A DNA stretch of 64,000 bases from Nitrospirales bacterium (GCA_965203295.1 CBDBCZ010000019.1:1216001-1280000), one strand, 5' to 3'; counted from the stretch's first letter, positions 52,774-62,588 are shown. The notes: generated by a model from the letters alone, not told the origin. Numbers and translations are program-made.

Positions 52774-53121
52774 ATGTCAGATTTAGTTGCGCAAGCTGAT
52801 GGAACGAATTGGGATGCTGAAGTGTTACAATCTTCACAGTTAGTGATGGTGGATTTTTGGGCGGTTTGGTGTGGCCCCTGTCAAATGGTGACCCCGATTG
52901 TTGAAGAATTAGCAAAGGAATATTCCGATAAGCTCAAGGTCATGAAGCTCAATACGGATGAGGCTCCTGAGGTGGCGGGGCGTTACCAAATCATGAGCAT
53001 TCCCACAATTCTGTTTTTCAAGAATGGCCAACCAGTGGAAAAAATCGTTGGAGCTAGGCCGAAACCGCAGTTTAAACAAATCATCGATTCACTCCTCGCA
53101 AGGCAATCCGCCACGGCTTGA
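52774..53121 (+). CDS. trxA: thioredoxin
   Basis: VDFWAVWCGPC, IMSIPT. Confidence 0.96.
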   Translation: MSDLVAQADGTNWDAEVLQSSQLVMVDFWAVWCGPCQMVTPIVEELAKEYSDKLKVMKLNTDEAPEVAGRYQIMSIPTILFFKNGQPVEKIVGARPKPQFKQIIDSLLARQSATA

Positions 53122-53148
53122 AGTGGGGTTGCCTAAGGCCCCGCTCAC

Positions 53149-54861
53149 ATGTTGACTGAATTACGTATCTCCAATTTTGCCCTCATTGATCAACTCCATC
53201 TCGTTTTTTCTGAATGGTTCCAGGTCTTTACCGGAGAGACAGGGGCCGGAAAGTCCCTCCTAGTCGATGCTGTGGTGCTTCTCACCGGGGGGCACCCTTC
53301 GGCTGAACAAATTCGGACTCATGCAGATGAAGCCGTCATCGAGGCGGCTTTTTCCCTCCCTTGTACTCATGAGGTGTTCGATCGACTGCGCGAACTGGAC
53401 TTCCTTCACGAACAAGGGGAAGAGATCATCATTCGTCGCGTGATTTCTCGTTCTGGGAGGAATCGCATATACGTCAATGGTCATCTTGCCTCGGTTCAAA
53501 CCCTCCAAGAGCTGACGGAATCGATGTTGGATATTCATGGTCAGCATGATCAGCAGTCCTTATTATCTGTTAAAACTCAGCTAGCCGCATTGGATGGATT
53601 TGGCAAGTTACACGAGATGAAGTCAGAATATGAGAAACACTATTCTTCGTGGTGCTTCAACGAACAAACACTGAAGGATCTCGTGGATAAGGCTGAGAAA
53701 ATCAAACAACAAGAGGAGTTCTTGCAGTACCAATATCAAGAACTTGAAAGCGCCAATCTTCAAGTTGGAGAAGAAGAGTCCCTGATGCTTGAATATCGGC
53801 GTTTACAACATACGGGACGTTTGGGGGAATTGGCTGAGGAAGCCTATCAGACTCTGTATGCTGGTGAGCAGTCTATTCTCGAGAGGCTTCGCATGGTTCA
53901 GGGAGGCCTCCGTGATTTAGCAGAGATCGATTCGGCAAAGGGCTCCTGGTTGCCATTATGTGAGGGAGCGGATGTTCAGCTTCGTGAACTAGCCGATGGC
54001 CTTCGTGATTACAGACAGGAAGTGGATCTAGACCCGGAACGCCTGGAAGCCGTCAACGAGCGTTTAGCGAAACTTCAATGGTTAAAGAAGAAATATAGTA
54101 GCAATATTCAGGAGTTAATCGAACGAACGAGCGAATTGAAAGACGAGTTGGAAGCCATTTCCCAAAGCGACACACGGATGGATGAGCTCAAAAAACAGGC
54201 TCATCTCGAGTATCAAGTTGCTCTTCGAGTATCAGGGCAGTTGACGAAAAAACGGAAACAAGCCGCCAAAGAATTAGAAACTCGCATAAAGTTCGAGTTA
54301 GACGCATTAGGGATGAATCGGGTCCAATTTCGGGTTGCTGTGGAACCCTTAGAGCCAAAAACAACACTGAATCTGAGTGGCGCGGACCGTGCTGAATTTC
54401 TTTTGTCAGCGAACGAGGGAGAACCGCTTCAGTCTCTCAATCGTGTAGCTTCGGGTGGGGAACTTTCCAGAATGATGTTGGCTCTTAAAACTGTATTAGC
54501 CGAAGCCGATCACGTCCCTGTTCTCATCTTTGATGAAGTTGACTCGGGAGTTGCCGGCGCTGTCGCATCTTCGATGGGAGACCGCCTTCGCCAGTTAAGC
54601 CAGTATCATCAAGTTTTTTGCATTACCCACCTTCCCCAAATTGCCTCTCAGGCAACGGGTCATTACCTTATTTGGAAAGATGTCATTCAAAAGCGAACCG
54701 TCACCAACGTCAAATTGCTTAACCACGCTGAACGTCAGGATGAAATCGCGCGGATGCTGGGAGGTCCAAAGATCACGAAAGCCGTCCGTGAGACGGCATC
54801 GGAGATGCTCGATGTAGGGGTCAAGAGCCACAAACCTTCCGCATCATCATCTGGCTCTTGA
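53149..54861 (+). CDS. recN: DNA repair protein RecN
   Basis: TGETGAGKS, IHGQH, ASGGELSR, IFDEVDSG, CITHLPQIA, EIARMLGG. Confidence 0.97.
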   Translation: MLTELRISNFALIDQLHLVFSEWFQVFTGETGAGKSLLVDAVVLLTGGHPSAEQIRTHADEAVIEAAFSLPCTHEVFDRLRELDFLHEQGEEIIIRRVISRSGRNRIYVNGHLASVQTLQELTESMLDIHGQHDQQSLLSVKTQLAALDGFGKLHEMKSEYEKHYSSWCFNEQTLKDLVDKAEKIKQQEEFLQYQYQELESANLQVGEEESLMLEYRRLQHTGRLGELAEEAYQTLYAGEQSILERLRMVQGGLRDLAEIDSAKGSWLPLCEGADVQLRELADGLRDYRQEVDLDPERLEAVNERLAKLQWLKKKYSSNIQELIERTSELKDELEAISQSDTRMDELKKQAHLEYQVALRVSGQLTKKRKQAAKELETRIKFELDALGMNRVQFRVAVEPLEPKTTLNLSGADRAEFLLSANEGEPLQSLNRVASGGELSRMMLALKTVLAEADHVPVLIFDEVDSGVAGAVASSMGDRLRQLSQYHQVFCITHLPQIASQATGHYLIWKDVIQKRTVTNVKLLNHAERQDEIARMLGGPKITKAVRETASEMLDVGVKSHKPSASSSGS

Positions 54862-54942
54862 TCAAAAGTATTGAATCAGCCTCTTGGTTCAATGTCCCTC
54901 GGTATTCTTCCTTCTCGGTTGTTCAACACACAAATTCTTCAA

Positions 54943-55626
54943 TTATGCAGTCATCTCGACTTTCCAAAAGAACACCACCGCCATTCGTTTTGATGCAAGT
55001 TCCTGTCCCCAACCAAAGTAGCTTGTTGCAGAGTGGATAATGTCCGACTTGTAGGCAAGTAGGCGATTAAACACATACGGGACTTCTAGGATTTCCTGAA
55101 ACATCGTCGGGTCCATTTCCTGGGGAAGTTCGGGCACGTGGCGAAGAGTTTCATATTCTCGTGGGCAAATATTTCCCCCTGGTTCTGCATTCGGCAAATG
55201 GAGACGATAGAACGAGGTCCCACAATGAACTGTTGGCGGGTTAGGATGTAAGTAGAGCACAGCCGCATAGTCACAAATCTTGGCTGAATCGACATGAGGT
55301 CTTGCGACTCCTTCAGCACCTCCGACGATTTGGATATGGTTGGTTCCAGAAATTCCCATTTCCAAATCGTCCTGAGGGCGTAAGCTTTTTATTCCAAGAC
55401 CCTGTTTGACACAATCTTCAACTCGCCCCATTTCTTCAGGAGTTAGGGCATGAGGAGCACGCATCCCTGGCCAAGGTTCAGGTCGCCATGGAGAGCCCAA
55501 CGTCCAAGTACTTTTAGAAATGCAACGTTGGGCTACTTCTATGGCGTTGGGAAGAACATTGTCTTCAACCCAGTAATCTTCACCTAATTTTAGTTCTCGA
55601 AAAGGAAGATCGACGTGTTTTGGCAT
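54943..55626 (-). CDS. DUF6445-like 2OG-Fe(II) oxygenase-fold protein
   Basis: WPGMR, PHVDS, YAAVLYL, GTSFYR, FNRLLAY...HS, RMAVVFF. Confidence 0.7.
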   Translation of the reverse strand: MPKHVDLPFRELKLGEDYWVEDNVLPNAIEVAQRCISKSTWTLGSPWRPEPWPGMRAPHALTPEEMGRVEDCVKQGLGIKSLRPQDDLEMGISGTNHIQIVGGAEGVARPHVDSAKICDYAAVLYLHPNPPTVHCGTSFYRLHLPNAEPGGNICPREYETLRHVPELPQEMDPTMFQEILEVPYVFNRLLAYKSDIIHSATSYFGWGQELASKRMAVVFFWKVEMTA

Positions 55627-55800
55627 GTGATGAGTCCACGATAAGATTATCTAAAATGGTCGTACTGAATGAGTGTTTGTGAGAATAGTCGGTGAGCCTT
55701 TAGAGATCAAGAGGCTTGTCCTTGAAACTGGAGACAGGTTTGTAGTATATGGTATGGTGTCATATCTTCAAGTTCGAAAAATTTCTCAAGGAGGTCATGA

Positions 55801-56538
55801 GTGGAATCCGTATTGGAGCAGGTAGAAAGTGATGTGAACCTCGCGATTGACCGTTTGAATTTCGACCAAATCACTCAAAACTACCAGGAACAGGGGGAAT
55901 TTCTGACGATTGATCAATTCTTCCCTTCTTCTGTCATCGATCAATTCATGGCCGACGTGGATCATGTTCGCCCCCACTTGAATAGAAACTATATCCCTTC
56001 CCATAAAAAAGGCGGTAGCATCAGCTACTATACTTTGAATCAATCGGCGCAGACCATTTTATCTTTTTATCGTTCACCAATTTTTTTGCAGTGGCTGAGT
56101 CGATTGGTCAATGCTCCGCTCATGTTGTGTCCTGAAGAGGATCCCCATGCTTGCGCGCTGTATTTGTACACCGAACCTGGTGACCATATCGGGTTTCATT
56201 ATGATACTTCGTATTACAAAGGGGCGCGGTACACGGTCTTATTAGGATTACGTGATCGTTCCACGAGTCGGTTGGTATGCCGGTTGCACACAAAAGATCC
56301 AGGCCACGAATCGAAGGAATTGAGTTTGACGACTGACCCCGGGACTTTAATCGTCTTTAATGGCGATAAGCTGTACCACTGCGTCACACCGTTGGGAGAA
56401 GGAGAGGAACGGATCGTCCTTACTCTCCAATTTGTCACGGATCCCTACATGACACCGTTCAAGCGTTGGTTTTCGAATATGAAAGATGCGGTAGGGTATT
56501 TCGGATTGCCGGCCCTCTTTCGGCGTCCTCTACAGTAA
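55801..56538 (+). CDS. 2OG-Fe(II) oxygenase
   Basis: GDHIGFHYD (HxD), LYHCVTP, ERIVLTL. Confidence 0.85.
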   Translation: MESVLEQVESDVNLAIDRLNFDQITQNYQEQGEFLTIDQFFPSSVIDQFMADVDHVRPHLNRNYIPSHKKGGSISYYTLNQSAQTILSFYRSPIFLQWLSRLVNAPLMLCPEEDPHACALYLYTEPGDHIGFHYDTSYYKGARYTVLLGLRDRSTSRLVCRLHTKDPGHESKELSLTTDPGTLIVFNGDKLYHCVTPLGEGEERIVLTLQFVTDPYMTPFKRWFSNMKDAVGYFGLPALFRRPLQ

Positions 56539-56565
56539 ACCCGCATTCAAACTTTCCCATCTCAG

Positions 56566-57321
56566 TTACTCTTTCTGTCCGATGAGAACAATTGTCACAT
56601 TGTCCTCACCACCCTGACTATTTGCTTCATGAATGAGAGCCTGACACATGGCTTCCAGTGAATCGCCGGTTTGTTGAACGATGTGAAGAATCTGGTTGTC
56701 AGTCATCATCTTTGTCAGCCCATCGGTGCAGAGAAGAACTCGGTCTTCTGGTAAGAGATGAACCGTAGAAAGGTCAGGAGTCACTGTAGGTTCTGGCCCG
56801 ACGGCTTGGGTGAGAATATGCTGCATAGGATGATCTTCTGCTTGTTCCCTCGTAAGAAGTCCCTGCCAAATGTGTTCCTCTACCAAGGAATGGTCTTGTG
56901 TCAGTCGGGTAAGCGCCTGGTCACGAATGAGATAGGCGCGGCTATCCCCGACATGAGAGATCGTCGCTTGTGATGCTGGTTGCTCGGAAATGTGGATCGC
57001 CACGACGGTGGTTCCCATACCTGCCAGGAGAGGGTGCGTCGAAATGTGCGATTGAATAGCCTGATTCGCTGATTGTATCGCTTGATCGAGAAAAGAAGAA
57101 GGGTCGGGAATGGAAGTGGCACCTATTGCCTGTTTGTCCTGAATGGCTTTGACAATCGAATCGACAGTCATGTGGCTTGCAATGTCACCTCCTGCCTGGC
57201 CTCCCATTCCATCGGCTATGACCCACAAATGGCACTCATTCAGCACAGCGAATGCATCTTGATTAGAAGAACGGACGCGACCTTGATCTGTGAGTCCTGC
57301 TCCATGCCAGGGCAAGGGCAT
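56566..57321 (-). CDS. PP2C-family Ser/Thr protein phosphatase (Stp1/PrpC-like)
   Basis: GRVRSSNQD, IADGMGG, MGTT, HVGDSRAY, LCTDGL, GGEDNVT. Confidence 0.95.
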   Translation of the reverse strand: MPLPWHGAGLTDQGRVRSSNQDAFAVLNECHLWVIADGMGGQAGGDIASHMTVDSIVKAIQDKQAIGATSIPDPSSFLDQAIQSANQAIQSHISTHPLLAGMGTTVVAIHISEQPASQATISHVGDSRAYLIRDQALTRLTQDHSLVEEHIWQGLLTREQAEDHPMQHILTQAVGPEPTVTPDLSTVHLLPEDRVLLCTDGLTKMMTDNQILHIVQQTGDSLEAMCQALIHEANSQGGEDNVTIVLIGQKE

Positions 57322-57342
57322 TTTCTACTTTCTTGAAGATGA

Positions 57343-58113
57343 CTAGTTGTTCTGCGGCCCGTATCGAGCGCAAAGCGCCTCGTACACGTAGTGGGCTAAG
57401 GGTTCAAGGTTGCGAACGTCTGCCTCATTATACTCACACAACCGTTTCCCTGCATGATGATCTCCCATTTGCCATGCATACCATAAGTTCACGGCCTCCC
57501 ATCCATCGAGCCCCTGAATGTCTAGAGGCCTTTCCAGCCCAATTTCTTTTTCAATATGTTTGAGGCCACCTCGCAAGCCCAGGCGTCTAGCCGCGAAGCA
57601 GAGATCAAAATGAGCATGATTAAGAACAAGGCCCGGATACATCGTACGAAGGTAGGGCAGATCAAATCCGGACCCATAAAATGTGACAAGGAGATCGATC
57701 TCCGCTAATTCCTGGTTCAAACGGTCTTCACTTAGTGTATCTCCAGCAATCAATGTGGTCATATTGCCGTTGACGCACAGACCGACGAGTGTGATAGAGC
57801 CGATTCCTGCTGGCGCCCCGGTCGTTTCAATATCCAAAAACCCGGTTCGAGTCCTGAATGTGTGAAAAAGGCGCCAGTGATCTCGAGGTTTCAGGCAGTG
57901 GGCAAAGTACCGAAAGTTTCTCTCTTGAAATTGATCAAGCGCACTGGTGAGTTGCGCATCGTACAGGTGTTTTCGCGCAGAAGAAGCAGAAGAAATGTGA
58001 GGAAGGGTTGGGGCCTCTAAAAAGTCGTGCCAGGTCGTTATCCCATGATCCCAGAGGTCTCGCTCTGTGGATTCCCCGATATCATTGAGAAAAATGAAGG
58101 TTGATTCCAGCAT
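57343..58113 (-). CDS. RNase H-like (YprB-type) putative exonuclease
   Basis: FLDIETTG, VTFYGSGFDLP, GGLKHIE, YNEADV. Confidence 0.85.
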   Translation of the reverse strand: MLESTFIFLNDIGESTERDLWDHGITTWHDFLEAPTLPHISSASSARKHLYDAQLTSALDQFQERNFRYFAHCLKPRDHWRLFHTFRTRTGFLDIETTGAPAGIGSITLVGLCVNGNMTTLIAGDTLSEDRLNQELAEIDLLVTFYGSGFDLPYLRTMYPGLVLNHAHFDLCFAARRLGLRGGLKHIEKEIGLERPLDIQGLDGWEAVNLWYAWQMGDHHAGKRLCEYNEADVRNLEPLAHYVYEALCARYGPQNN

Positions 58114-58237
58114 TAGTGTGGGATTGCTCTCAAATTGAGTGGAATTCTTGATTTCTTTCTGAGGAACAGGCTAAATTCCTGAACGAGTTTTTTCAAGGAC
58201 AAAGACGTCTTTTTCAAAAAGAGGAATCGCCAACTTC

Positions 58238-58637
58238 ATGGATAACCACAAACGACGAATAAGGATTTCTGTAGGGGGGGTCAGTCTCGAAGCAGAGTTA
58301 AAATCCAATCGAACGGCTCAAGAGGTCTATAATGCGCTATCCATTGAAGAGTCTGTGAATATTTGGGGTGAGGAATTTTACTGCCAACTTCCTGGGGTAC
58401 AAGATTAATCGAGAAATGGCGACGACCCAAGTGAAGGTTGGCCACGTCGCCTTTTTGGGGATGGGCCGCATGCTGACGATTTTCTTTGGGAGAACACCTA
58501 TGAGCATTGGAGATGATCCTGTTCCGGCTGATCGGGTGAACGTTATCGGACGGATAATGGGAGACCCGACTGTTCTCCGGCAAGCCATGGGATCGAAGAT
58601 GATCAAAGTGGAAAAAGCGAGTGAGTCTGTCGCATGA
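58238..58637 (+). pseudogene. cyclophilin-like fold protein (DUF369/TM1367-like), +1 frameshift
   Basis: MDNHKRRIRISVGG...TAQEVYNAL...WGEEFY...GVQD then TAA at 58406; continues in the +1 frame with ATTQVKVG.VAF...IFFGRTP...VNVIGRI. Confidence 0.8.
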
Positions 58638-58915
58638 AGATGTCAAAGGATCGTATTGCGCATTTGGCTGTGAACCTGACTGATCGGCTTAAAGACAAGG
58701 GTTTTTTGGAAATCGTGGGGTCAAATGAGTCTCTCGTTCAGAAGCTGGAAAGAGCCATTACAGATGAATTATCAGTTGAAGACCGGTTAAACGTCGAAAT
58801 TCTGGATCTTCTGAAGCAATATGATGCCGAATTTGAGAGTAATAGAGCGGACTATCAAAAAATGTTTTCTATGGTGAAAAGCAAGTTGATTAAAGAGCGA
58901 GGATTGATTTTATAG
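58634..58915 (+). CDS. DUF507 family protein
   Basis: MKMSKDRIAHLA...EDRLN...DYQKMF...ERGLIL. Confidence 0.8.
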   Translation: MKMSKDRIAHLAVNLTDRLKDKGFLEIVGSNESLVQKLERAITDELSVEDRLNVEILDLLKQYDAEFESNRADYQKMFSMVKSKLIKERGLIL

Positions 58916-58981
58916 CGGTTTTAATGGAAACAGCTCGGTTCTCGGATGTTGTTTTCTTGACAAGAACGTTCTGGTCAAGGG

Positions 58982-59272
58982 GTGATACCGATGTCGGTTT
59001 TGCTAAGTCACGATAAACAAACGCACCTCTCCCATGTTATCCTTGCCTGTCTCAAACGATCATCGGAAGCCAAAATTTTTGGCAATGAAGCTATGGCGCT
59101 GCGAGAGATCAAGCATATTCTAGGAGCTCAAGTCACCCTGGAACAAGAAATTGATAAAATGGTTCGTGCTCGCCTCAAGTCCTATTCCCCTCCTTTGCCG
59201 GAGGGTTCCCAGGAGTGGGAGATTCTTTATCAAAAAACCTATCAAGAAGAACTTCGGAAACGGAATCTCTGA
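58982..59272 (+). CDS. DUF507 family protein (second paralog)
   Basis: LSHDKQTHLSH...EGSQEWEILYQKTYQEE. Confidence 0.8.
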   Translation: MIPMSVLLSHDKQTHLSHVILACLKRSSEAKIFGNEAMALREIKHILGAQVTLEQEIDKMVRARLKSYSPPLPEGSQEWEILYQKTYQEELRKRNL

Positions 59273-59374
59273 TCACATTCTCGTCCGGACTTTCCTCTTT
59301 TTTCTTTCTCGACAAAGCGTGGTTTGACTCATGGTGTTCATCTTTTGGTGTATTCACTTAGGGTAAATGATTTA

Positions 59375-60253
59375 ATGGAAAAGCTAACGCGTCGATTTAC
59401 TGGATGGTCACACAGGTTTTTCATCCTTCCTTTGGTGGTCCTCCTCGTTAGTCAGGCTTTTGGGGTTCATGCTGATGAGCGAAGTCCTGTTCATGTCGTT
59501 GTCAGCGACATCTTGGTTATGCCAGGAAAGCCTGCGATGCTTAAGGCCCGAATCGTCCAATCCGGGATCTTGAGGTCGATTGGCGTCGGTGGTGAGGAAG
59601 TACAGTTTGAAGTGGAAGGAAAAGCGGTAGGAACGTCCTTGACTGGTGGAGATGGTTGGGCCTCTTGGGAGTTCACCCCCAAAATGAGAGGCAATAAAAG
59701 CGTGAGAGCCAAGGTCATTCCCAGTTCTCGGGTGAAGGGAGCGGAAGGTATTGGCATTCTTGCTTCCTGGGAACGACGCCGACCCATTCTTTTGATTGAT
59801 GTCACGACTCTTTTGCAAGATGCTGAGGGAATAGGGAAGTTTGTGTCGGCAATGGGATTGCCCGTAGATCCTTCTCTGTGGCCCGAGCCCAAAGATGGAG
59901 CATCTCAGGAACTCCATAAGCTGGCCAAGTTTTATTACAATGTTGTGTACCTCTTTTGGAATGATGGGAATGATGTGGAGGGCGTTCGCGCGTGGTTGCG
60001 GGAACATGAATTTCCTAGTGGACTAACTCGAGCTATTCAACGCGGATCGACTCCACTGAAGACGTTTATCGACAATCTTGAAGAAGGTGGATGGGATAAT
60101 TTGGAAGCCGGTATTGGACGAACACCGGATTTTGCAAAAGTGCTGTTAAAAAACAGGATTAAAGCGATCATATTTCATAAATCTGAAAATGAAGAGTTTC
60201 CTCGACGAACCAAACTTGTGGAAGATTGGAAGGGAGTAAGAAGGAACTTATAG
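59375..60253 (+). CDS. exported protein with Ig-like domain and degenerate HAD/LNS2-like domain
   Basis: Signal peptide; beta-rich GEEVQF...TGGDGWA segment; ILLIDVTTL, RAWLREHEFPSG, AGIG. Confidence 0.65.
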   Translation: MEKLTRRFTGWSHRFFILPLVVLLVSQAFGVHADERSPVHVVVSDILVMPGKPAMLKARIVQSGILRSIGVGGEEVQFEVEGKAVGTSLTGGDGWASWEFTPKMRGNKSVRAKVIPSSRVKGAEGIGILASWERRRPILLIDVTTLLQDAEGIGKFVSAMGLPVDPSLWPEPKDGASQELHKLAKFYYNVVYLFWNDGNDVEGVRAWLREHEFPSGLTRAIQRGSTPLKTFIDNLEEGGWDNLEAGIGRTPDFAKVLLKNRIKAIIFHKSENEEFPRRTKLVEDWKGVRRNL

Positions 60254-60257
60254 TTAC

Positions 60258-60291
60258 AACAAGGGTTCTCTGATGGATAGCCCTTGTTTTC
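60258..60291 (+). terminator. possible intrinsic terminator hairpin
   Basis: aacaaggg...cccttgtt inverted repeat followed by a T-run, right after the stop codon. Confidence 0.4.
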
Positions 60292-60341
60292 AGGAGTCAG
60301 TCGATTCTGTTGTCTTTTTATGACTTTGCTCGTGTCTTTCA

Positions 60342-61718
60342 ATGAAATCTGTTCGCTCTAAAACACAATTTATTTGCCAGATCTGTGGCATGCAGTCTCC
60401 ACGATGGGTTGGCCGTTGCACAGGGTGTGGGCAATGGAATTCATTGAAAGAAGAGACAGTCGTGGAGGGAGGATTTCGTTCTCAGGGGCCTGGCTCTATG
60501 GAGCCGTTTCCTCCTACCCCGATTGATGACGTACATGTCACGGATCATATGCGGGTCAGCACAGGCATGGCTGAATTGGATCGCGTGTTAGGGGGCGGTG
60601 TTGTTCCCGGATCAGTCATTCTCGTTGGAGGCGATCCGGGGATAGGAAAAACAACCCTGTTGCTTCAGACCCTTCATCGATTAGGAAAACATAACGAGAC
60701 TCTCCTGTACGTTTCTGGTGAGGAGTCCCCTCAACAAATCAAGATGCGCGGGGATCGATTAGGAGTTCGGAATCCACAACTGTACATTCTCTCAGAGACA
60801 TCGCTTGAAGCTTTGCTGAAGGGAGCGAGTCGTCTTAAACCAGCTGCACTGGTTGTGGATTCGATTCAAACGGTCTTCACCGAACAATTGAATTCAGTGC
60901 CAGGAAGTGTGAGTCAGGTTCAAGAAGTGACGTGTCAACTGATGTGGTATGCCAAGCGAAATGGTGTGCCTGTTTTTATTATCGGTCATGTCACGAAAGA
61001 GGGAATGATTGCTGGCCCCAAGCTCCTTGAACATATTGTTGATACGGTGTTGTATTTTGAGGGAGAAAAAGGTCAATCCTATCGTATCTTAAGAGCCGTC
61101 AAAAATCGGTTTGGAGCGACGAATGAGATCGGTGTTTTCGAAATGAAGGATGCTGGATTAGTGGAAGTCACGAACCCTTCTGAGCTGTTCCTTGCTGGTC
61201 GTCCTCTCCAGAGTACAGGATCGGTGGTGGTGTCTAGCCTGGAGGGCTCTCGACCTATCTTAGTGGAACTTCAGGCTTTAGTGACGACGACCGGTTATGC
61301 CATGCCAAAACGTATGTCCAACGGAGTCGACCTGAATCGGGTTTCGTTATTGTTGGCTGTTATGGAAAAACAATTGGGATTTCATCTGTCTGGGTACGAT
61401 GTCTATGTCAATGTTGTAGGGGGACTGCACATTGATGAACCTTCCATCGACCTTGGCATTGTGGCAGCGGTCGGGTCGAGTCTCAGAGATTGTCCGATAG
61501 ACTCCAGGACACTGATGCTGGGAGAAGTCGGGTTAGGGGGAGAGATTCGTCCTGTTGGTCGCGTGGAGATGAGTGCCAAGGAAGCCGTCAAATTAGGCTT
61601 TACTCGATGCGTTCTTCCAGAAAGGAATCTCGCCAAATTCAATCACATTGACGATTTGGAGGTCATTGGGGTTGCCAACGTGGGAGAGGTTATTGAGCAG
61701 ATGGTGACTCGTGCGTGA
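60342..61718 (+). CDS. radA: DNA repair protein RadA/Sms
   Basis: CxxC..W.GRCxxC zinc finger, GDPGIGKT, VDSIQ, KNRFG, Lon-like C-terminus. Confidence 0.97.
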   Translation: MKSVRSKTQFICQICGMQSPRWVGRCTGCGQWNSLKEETVVEGGFRSQGPGSMEPFPPTPIDDVHVTDHMRVSTGMAELDRVLGGGVVPGSVILVGGDPGIGKTTLLLQTLHRLGKHNETLLYVSGEESPQQIKMRGDRLGVRNPQLYILSETSLEALLKGASRLKPAALVVDSIQTVFTEQLNSVPGSVSQVQEVTCQLMWYAKRNGVPVFIIGHVTKEGMIAGPKLLEHIVDTVLYFEGEKGQSYRILRAVKNRFGATNEIGVFEMKDAGLVEVTNPSELFLAGRPLQSTGSVVVSSLEGSRPILVELQALVTTTGYAMPKRMSNGVDLNRVSLLLAVMEKQLGFHLSGYDVYVNVVGGLHIDEPSIDLGIVAAVGSSLRDCPIDSRTLMLGEVGLGGEIRPVGRVEMSAKEAVKLGFTRCVLPERNLAKFNHIDDLEVIGVANVGEVIEQMVTRA

Positions 61719-62562
61719 TTGGTGGTTGCCTTGGAGAGTCAATGGAAGGAGAGCATTATTGTGGAATGTCGTATTGGTGGCGTTATCATGTCTTGTCTTG
61801 AGCTGTACGACTCTTGAAGAGAAAGATACGATGCCGGTCCGGGAATTTTCTGCGGACCAACTCCTTCAGAAACTGAATCAAAATGAGGCTGCGATCGGGA
61901 GCCTGAAAGCGTTGTTTCGGGCCAATATTCATGGTGAAGGGGTTCCCGTATCCTATCGGGTGGATGGAGTTTTTTTATACAAACGTCCCTCTACCATTCG
62001 ATTGAAAGGGTTGTCTCGTTTCGGTGGTCTGGTGTTTGATTTTTTGATGGATCGTGACCGATATGTCCTTCATTTGCCTCAGGAAAACCAATCGTATTCA
62101 GGAGAAATAGGGAGGGAACGTTTCTCAGGGAGCATGGGGTTACCTGTCCACCTTATTTTACGGGCAATGGATGTCGTGTTGGGAAAAGTGCAGGAAGACA
62201 GAGATCGCCCCATTGTGTTGGAGGAAGATGGAGATCGATATCGTTTTGATGTTGATGTGCGACCGACCGATCAAGACATGGAACGGCCATGGTCAGTTCG
62301 AAGAGTGTGGGTTGACCGGCGTCATGTACAAGTCAGCCAGATTGAATATCTTTCGGCTGATGGCGTATCTATACTGAATGTCGAAGCTGACGACTTTCGT
62401 CGTGCTCGGGATGCCTCCCCTGTTGAGAGAACAACCATTGTTTTGCCCTATCATCTTGAAGCGGTGGATCAACAGGAAGATGGCGTCGTGTCTTTGTCTT
62501 TCCAGGAGATGGTGGTCAATTTGCCTCTTGCCCCAAAGGAATTTGGGTTAAATCGGTTTTGA
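61711..62562 (+). CDS. putative lipoprotein, LolA/LolB-like fold
   Basis: Lipobox-like VLSC; beta-rich body ending VNLPLAPKEF. Confidence 0.6.
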   Translation: MRDWWLPWRVNGRRALLWNVVLVALSCLVLSCTTLEEKDTMPVREFSADQLLQKLNQNEAAIGSLKALFRANIHGEGVPVSYRVDGVFLYKRPSTIRLKGLSRFGGLVFDFLMDRDRYVLHLPQENQSYSGEIGRERFSGSMGLPVHLILRAMDVVLGKVQEDRDRPIVLEEDGDRYRFDVDVRPTDQDMERPWSVRRVWVDRRHVQVSQIEYLSADGVSILNVEADDFRRARDASPVERTTIVLPYHLEAVDQQEDGVVSLSFQEMVVNLPLAPKEFGLNRF

Positions 62563-62588
62563 GTGTGACGAGGTTGCTCTAGAATTCT

